The notes under the pieces were generated by a model that had not been told where the DNA came from, did no database searches, and was given only the letters and a program-made list of their open reading frames with translations. The position numbers were made by a program, and so were the translations under genes. From Babesia bigemina (lineage: Eukaryota), in contig NC_027217.1 in the NCBI RefSeq assembly GCF_000981445.1, positions 2,294,001 to 2,358,000 on the forward strand: a stretch of DNA of 64,000 bases, written 5' to 3'. Positions within the stretch are counted from its first letter, which is position 1, and every line of letters starts with the position of its first letter. Below are positions 59,773-64,000 of the stretch, one piece after another.

Positions 59773-62646
59773 ATGGCAAAATTTATAGGAGTCCAGTTGG
59801 CAATTTGCGCTATTATTCTGCAGTTTATTGGATTCATTGACGCATTGGAGTATGATTTTAGCAATAGTATGTGCTCTTTGTATACCAATGCCCTAGTTGC
59901 ATTCCACGTAAACATGGATGACATGTGGGTTGCAACACTGGCATGCCCACGCCACGTCAACGGTACTGAGTACGTATTGCATCCCCAACCTACCGCTGAT
60001 CATGACGATACTCTCAAAACCTATGTAATTGAGGACGGCAAGTTTCGTTCCGTCCCTTTTTCGAGCGTGGTGGTCACCGAATCACCACGCCCATATGGTT
60101 GGAAAGCGACAAATGAGTCGCAAACAGACTTGCATATTGATCTAATGGATGACGATATATATGCCATTGCTGCAGAACGTTTGGTTTTCATTTGTGGTCC
60201 AAGGGATTTGGTCTTGACAGATGCGCTGCAAGGCCAACTTGCTCGCCTACCGGAGATTTATGAAACGGATATTTATACTTGGGATTCAACCACATCATTG
60301 GTTGGCGAACTATCCAAAACAGGGAAGAGCTTGGGCGTGGTATTTTTGCACAGAGGCCTTAATCATCAATTACTGCAAGGCTGTGGTAGTCGTCCCTCAA
60401 AACTCTTTGCGAGACATAATTACGTGACTGTAGACCCTGTCACTGGCACACGTTCCTGTGTAGTAAATCCTATATCGACATTACGTACTGGTTTCGTTTG
60501 CGAAGGCAGAATAGAACCGAACGATTGCATGAAATCCCTTTTAGACAAAGGCAGAGTCGTGACTGCTCCTCGACCATACTTGTATCGTTATTTCGATATT
60601 CATGAGCCGTGGGTTGTAGCTAGATATTTTAATGACGTAGCATTACCCCGCTTCAACGGCGAATGTCGATGCATAGATCCTGAGACTGGTCACGTGAAGG
60701 CAAGGATGGAGATCCGTTGGAAAACTGAATACGTTTGTGACATAGCTAGCTTGATTGTCCGTAACAGGTTCAAGCCTATTAGTGGGCCGTGGTGTTCAGT
60801 GATGCTACATCCGGGTGCTACGTTGACCATAAAGTTGCCCAAACAGACAGACAAGTCTGCTGCTACTGACAAGGAATTCGAAGATGTTGACGATATTGAG
60901 GAGGATGCTTTTAGAGTCCCATTCTCGCAACTGCCGTCTATCCATGCATACGAAACTGAATTCAAGCCGGACACGGAGTTGACGCTACGCCAAATACAAA
61001 CGATTTATGACATCAATGATTACGACGAAATCGTGACCAACAAAGCGTTCACTGGCGACGTGCTCGAGGTAGATATTTCACAAATGGAGAGAGGAGAGGT
61101 TAAGCTGAAGTACCATACGGGCAGACCTCTTGCATTACGAAGTGGATACAATTCGTTCTTATATCATTGGACATTCTTATCTAGGAACGAAAATGTTCTT
61201 GAAAAGATACGCGCTGTGGTGAACGTCTCATTTGCGCCTACTTATCGCTACAATATTATTGGTTGTGACCGATGGAGACCAAGTATGTTTGATCCGGCGA
61301 ATGATGTTGGTTCTCTTGCAATTAAAGATATGGGGAATGGTATAGGGAAAATAGCTGAATGGCTTTTAAATGTCGTGAGGGGCGAGGAACAAGCTGGCAT
61401 TCGATGCGGACTTAATGAGGAGCTGCTTCCAAACAATTGCGAGTCCACAGGATACGATCTGTCCTCCAATCAGATTGCGCCGTTTCCTGCAGCTGTGCGC
61501 AATGCCACACTTTACCCCGTTCGAGGATTTCAGGTATTCGAGATGAGCTTCCAAAATGTCCCCGTCAGTCACGCTTGTAGTTGTGTTGATGTACGTGGAT
61601 ACGAGACATCTCGACTTATTTTAAAATCCAACCGTCGTGAGGAGTATGAGTATACAGTAAGACGTGAAGACGCAAATCAAAGGTTGCTGCCTTACTTATT
61701 ACTTCCCCTGATCGAGGTGGCATATGTATACGGCTATAGCAATCTTACGTCATCCATAATGCTACACAACATACCCCAGAGACCTATAAAACTACAGTCG
61801 GGCACAGAATTTTTCATGCGGTGTGCTCTGGATGACGCGTTGGACAACGGTGAGAATAACGGTGGCGCAACTCCTACCTGGTTCCCATATTATCCTGGTT
61901 ACTACCATTACAATGTAGATACGACAGCCGAAGGATCTATGCTAATTCCAATGCGAAACGAAGACAGAATCGCTGGCACAAAAGGTGGACTCGAGTTCAT
62001 TATGTTAGAACATAACAATCAATATAGCGATGTTACAATAAAATCCCATGGCGACGCAATTTTGATATCCATGGATCCAGATCACTCGGCGTACGTGCCA
62101 ATGACATTCGTTTGCGGTAAGGAGTTTCTAGAATCAGAGTTGCTTCAGTTCAACGATGAAGATTTTGGAGATACCATTGCCCAGGTTTTACCGCCGTTAG
62201 AGGAATACACGTGGAACGTAGTTCAAATTGACGTCGAGATGACGGACCCATACATGCAAGGGTGCGGAATTACTGAGTCAAGAGATACGTTATTCAAGCC
62301 CGAGACACCCAAAATATACGATGCGGAAGGGAAGGCAATCGGTTGCAAAATCGACATTCAGACTGCGGATGAGGCGGCGTTCTACTGCCCAGCGCCGTAC
62401 GTCCTGGACCCACCCAATTGTTTCGACCATGTCTACGTCAATGGTGAAGTGATGAACCTAAGCGAGGTCAGCTATTCGTTGGTAGCGTCTCGAACTAATC
62501 ACTTTGTCACGCTGGAGTTCGACGGCAGAGTCGTAGGAGCTGGAGAAATGCTGCGCCAGACGCCGCCGTTGGAGTGCCGCTGCGTGACCATCAAGGGCAT
62601 CGTTCTCTCCACCATCCAGATCGAGAACTATTACGCCAAAGTATGA
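59773..62646 (+). CDS. Secreted 957-aa multi-domain 6-Cys (s48/45) family protein without a GPI signal
   Basis: Signal peptide MAKFIGVQLAICAIILQFIGFIDA. s48/45 Cys patterns recur: QGCG..SCVV..FVC..EPNDCM..ECRC, IGCD..IRCG..LPNNCE..ACSC and QGCG..GCKID..FYCP..DPPNCF..ECRC. The C-terminus ENYYAKV is not hydrophobic. Confidence 0.82.
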   Translation: MAKFIGVQLAICAIILQFIGFIDALEYDFSNSMCSLYTNALVAFHVNMDDMWVATLACPRHVNGTEYVLHPQPTADHDDTLKTYVIEDGKFRSVPFSSVVVTESPRPYGWKATNESQTDLHIDLMDDDIYAIAAERLVFICGPRDLVLTDALQGQLARLPEIYETDIYTWDSTTSLVGELSKTGKSLGVVFLHRGLNHQLLQGCGSRPSKLFARHNYVTVDPVTGTRSCVVNPISTLRTGFVCEGRIEPNDCMKSLLDKGRVVTAPRPYLYRYFDIHEPWVVARYFNDVALPRFNGECRCIDPETGHVKARMEIRWKTEYVCDIASLIVRNRFKPISGPWCSVMLHPGATLTIKLPKQTDKSAATDKEFEDVDDIEEDAFRVPFSQLPSIHAYETEFKPDTELTLRQIQTIYDINDYDEIVTNKAFTGDVLEVDISQMERGEVKLKYHTGRPLALRSGYNSFLYHWTFLSRNENVLEKIRAVVNVSFAPTYRYNIIGCDRWRPSMFDPANDVGSLAIKDMGNGIGKIAEWLLNVVRGEEQAGIRCGLNEELLPNNCESTGYDLSSNQIAPFPAAVRNATLYPVRGFQVFEMSFQNVPVSHACSCVDVRGYETSRLILKSNRREEYEYTVRREDANQRLLPYLLLPLIEVAYVYGYSNLTSSIMLHNIPQRPIKLQSGTEFFMRCALDDALDNGENNGGATPTWFPYYPGYYHYNVDTTAEGSMLIPMRNEDRIAGTKGGLEFIMLEHNNQYSDVTIKSHGDAILISMDPDHSAYVPMTFVCGKEFLESELLQFNDEDFGDTIAQVLPPLEEYTWNVVQIDVEMTDPYMQGCGITESRDTLFKPETPKIYDAEGKAIGCKIDIQTADEAAFYCPAPYVLDPPNCFDHVYVNGEVMNLSEVSYSLVASRTNHFVTLEFDGRVVGAGEMLRQTPPLECRCVTIKGIVLSTIQIENYYAKV

Positions 62647-64000
62647 ATAACTCAGATTTGGTAAATCTTGTTGTCAATGACAGAGTTTAATTGTCATAGT
62701 TCATGTTGTTCGATTTGCTGATTTGTGTCTCCAGTGGTTGCATAGTTCTTGCTTAGATTTTGATAGTTGCCGGTGCTGAGTTGGCATCGTATTTTTGTGT
62801 TGTAATACATGTTTGTAGTTTTGTGTTAGCGATACCATGTCGTGCCAGTAATGGGATTTGATGCCACGTCTCATAAGACAAGTAGTGTATGTCTGGCACA
62901 CTTCGGGAAGGTGCAAGGTTTTGCGTTGGTGATCTCATAAAAACCTAAAAATCAGCCTATGAACCAAATACTCAACGAGAGATGTATTGCGGCAATGATC
63001 ATTGTCCCACAGTAACTTCGCCAATTTAATCAACCCACTACTATGGTGAATGGCCACCCTACACTGTTGGAGAAAAATTAAACCATAAAGCAGTTCATTT
63101 GCTCACTGCGTGTTCACAGCACTTCACATCATAACTATTCAGAAGGCTGAAGTGACTTATATTGATAATTACTAAACCACAGTTACCCGTGCCCGCCCAA
63201 CGCAGCGGCAGCCTACGGCTTGCTGGGATTGATGAGGGGAAATTACAGAGCGATTCATAACGGTGTGTTAACTTTGAGGAACGTGATACATGTATGAGAA
63301 ACGCAGTTAATGTCAGATGGGTATGAAACGTTCTCTACACCCCTTGCCTCAATGAGGACTCCGACAGCAGGAAGGTAGGGATGTAAAAAGGTGCATCAGA
63401 TTAAGTCGTTTAATGTCAACATAATGACACTACATAAAATGATACTCATAGAAGTAGTTTTTCGTGTGGATTGGTGTGGTTGTTCAGCCGGATAGATGTT
63501 GGTGTTTCAGCATGAATGGCAGAACGCCTATACCAGACAGGAGATGCATAGCCTTAACAAGGTACGCAGGTCTGTCGATTCCATTCGATTCTACCAAAGC
63601 GTAACAGTAAGAATCAGTTATGTCGCACCACTCTACGCGAAAATTTGGTACCTCCAATACGGTTGCCCAGCGATATATGGGCCAAGCTCAGCAACACAAG
63701 GGAGCAAAATCGGGGAAAGTTATGATGGACCCATCAATGCGATTGTATCGGAAGTTGTTGGATACTAACCAGATACTGCTTCGTAACACTGAACGTGTCG
63801 CCGAATTTTCTCAGTGCACTATGATTCTGAGTTGACGAGTTACGTCAGAATCTCCTCCCTAGATGTGTAGCAACTTATATGTCATCGTAATCATAGGGTA
63901 GATACATGATGTGCGAGTGCGTACTGCTGAATTGGTCTTGGGCATTACCCCATGTGTTAGCCACTGGAAAAAGTGCACCCTGTAATTTGCTTGTCTCATC

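Noticed and set aside
62650..64000. Short ORFs after the 6-Cys gene
   Set aside because: No motifs, coding bias or splice pattern that I could support.
1..64000. Prokaryotic-type systems (CRISPR, operons, IS elements), tRNA and rRNA genes
   Set aside because: The sequence is spliceosomal-intron eukaryotic DNA. No repeat-spacer array, transposase or RT motif, or tRNA cloverleaf was seen by eye; tRNAscan-SE and Infernal would be needed to exclude small RNAs.

Overview
Eukaryotic, intron-containing, gene-dense DNA from an apicomplexan. Short GT-AG introns of about 35-40 nt, an apicoplast-targeted EF-G, HPR/RAP and 6-Cys proteins point to a piroplasm, most likely Babesia; this is inferred from gene content, not from a search. 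Two blocks of housekeeping genes (1-13.8 kb and 28.4-58.7 kb) include DUS1, an HPR/RAP protein, CGI121, an AVL9-MORN protein, TCTP, a MYND finger protein, apicoplast EF-G, DRG1, TAF10, SET8, importin-5, a TFIIIC-like WD40 protein, an RRM protein, SMC1, UFM1, COG2 and RPT5. They flank an AT-richer, gene-poor accessory island at about 13.9-28.4 kb. The island holds a ~5.3 kb-period tandem duplication of a PAT/Spinster-like MFS transporter, decayed coding remnants, and a head-to-head pair of paralogous Cys-rich, signal-peptide-less, single-TM proteins with divergent ectodomains and near-identical TM/tail DNA, arranged around a GC-rich Pro/Gly ORF. That pair is the best candidate for an undescribed variant surface-protein system. 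The window ends with a 957-aa secreted multi-6-Cys protein. No rRNA, tRNA, CRISPR or intact mobile element was recognised. Spliced gene boundaries were read by eye.
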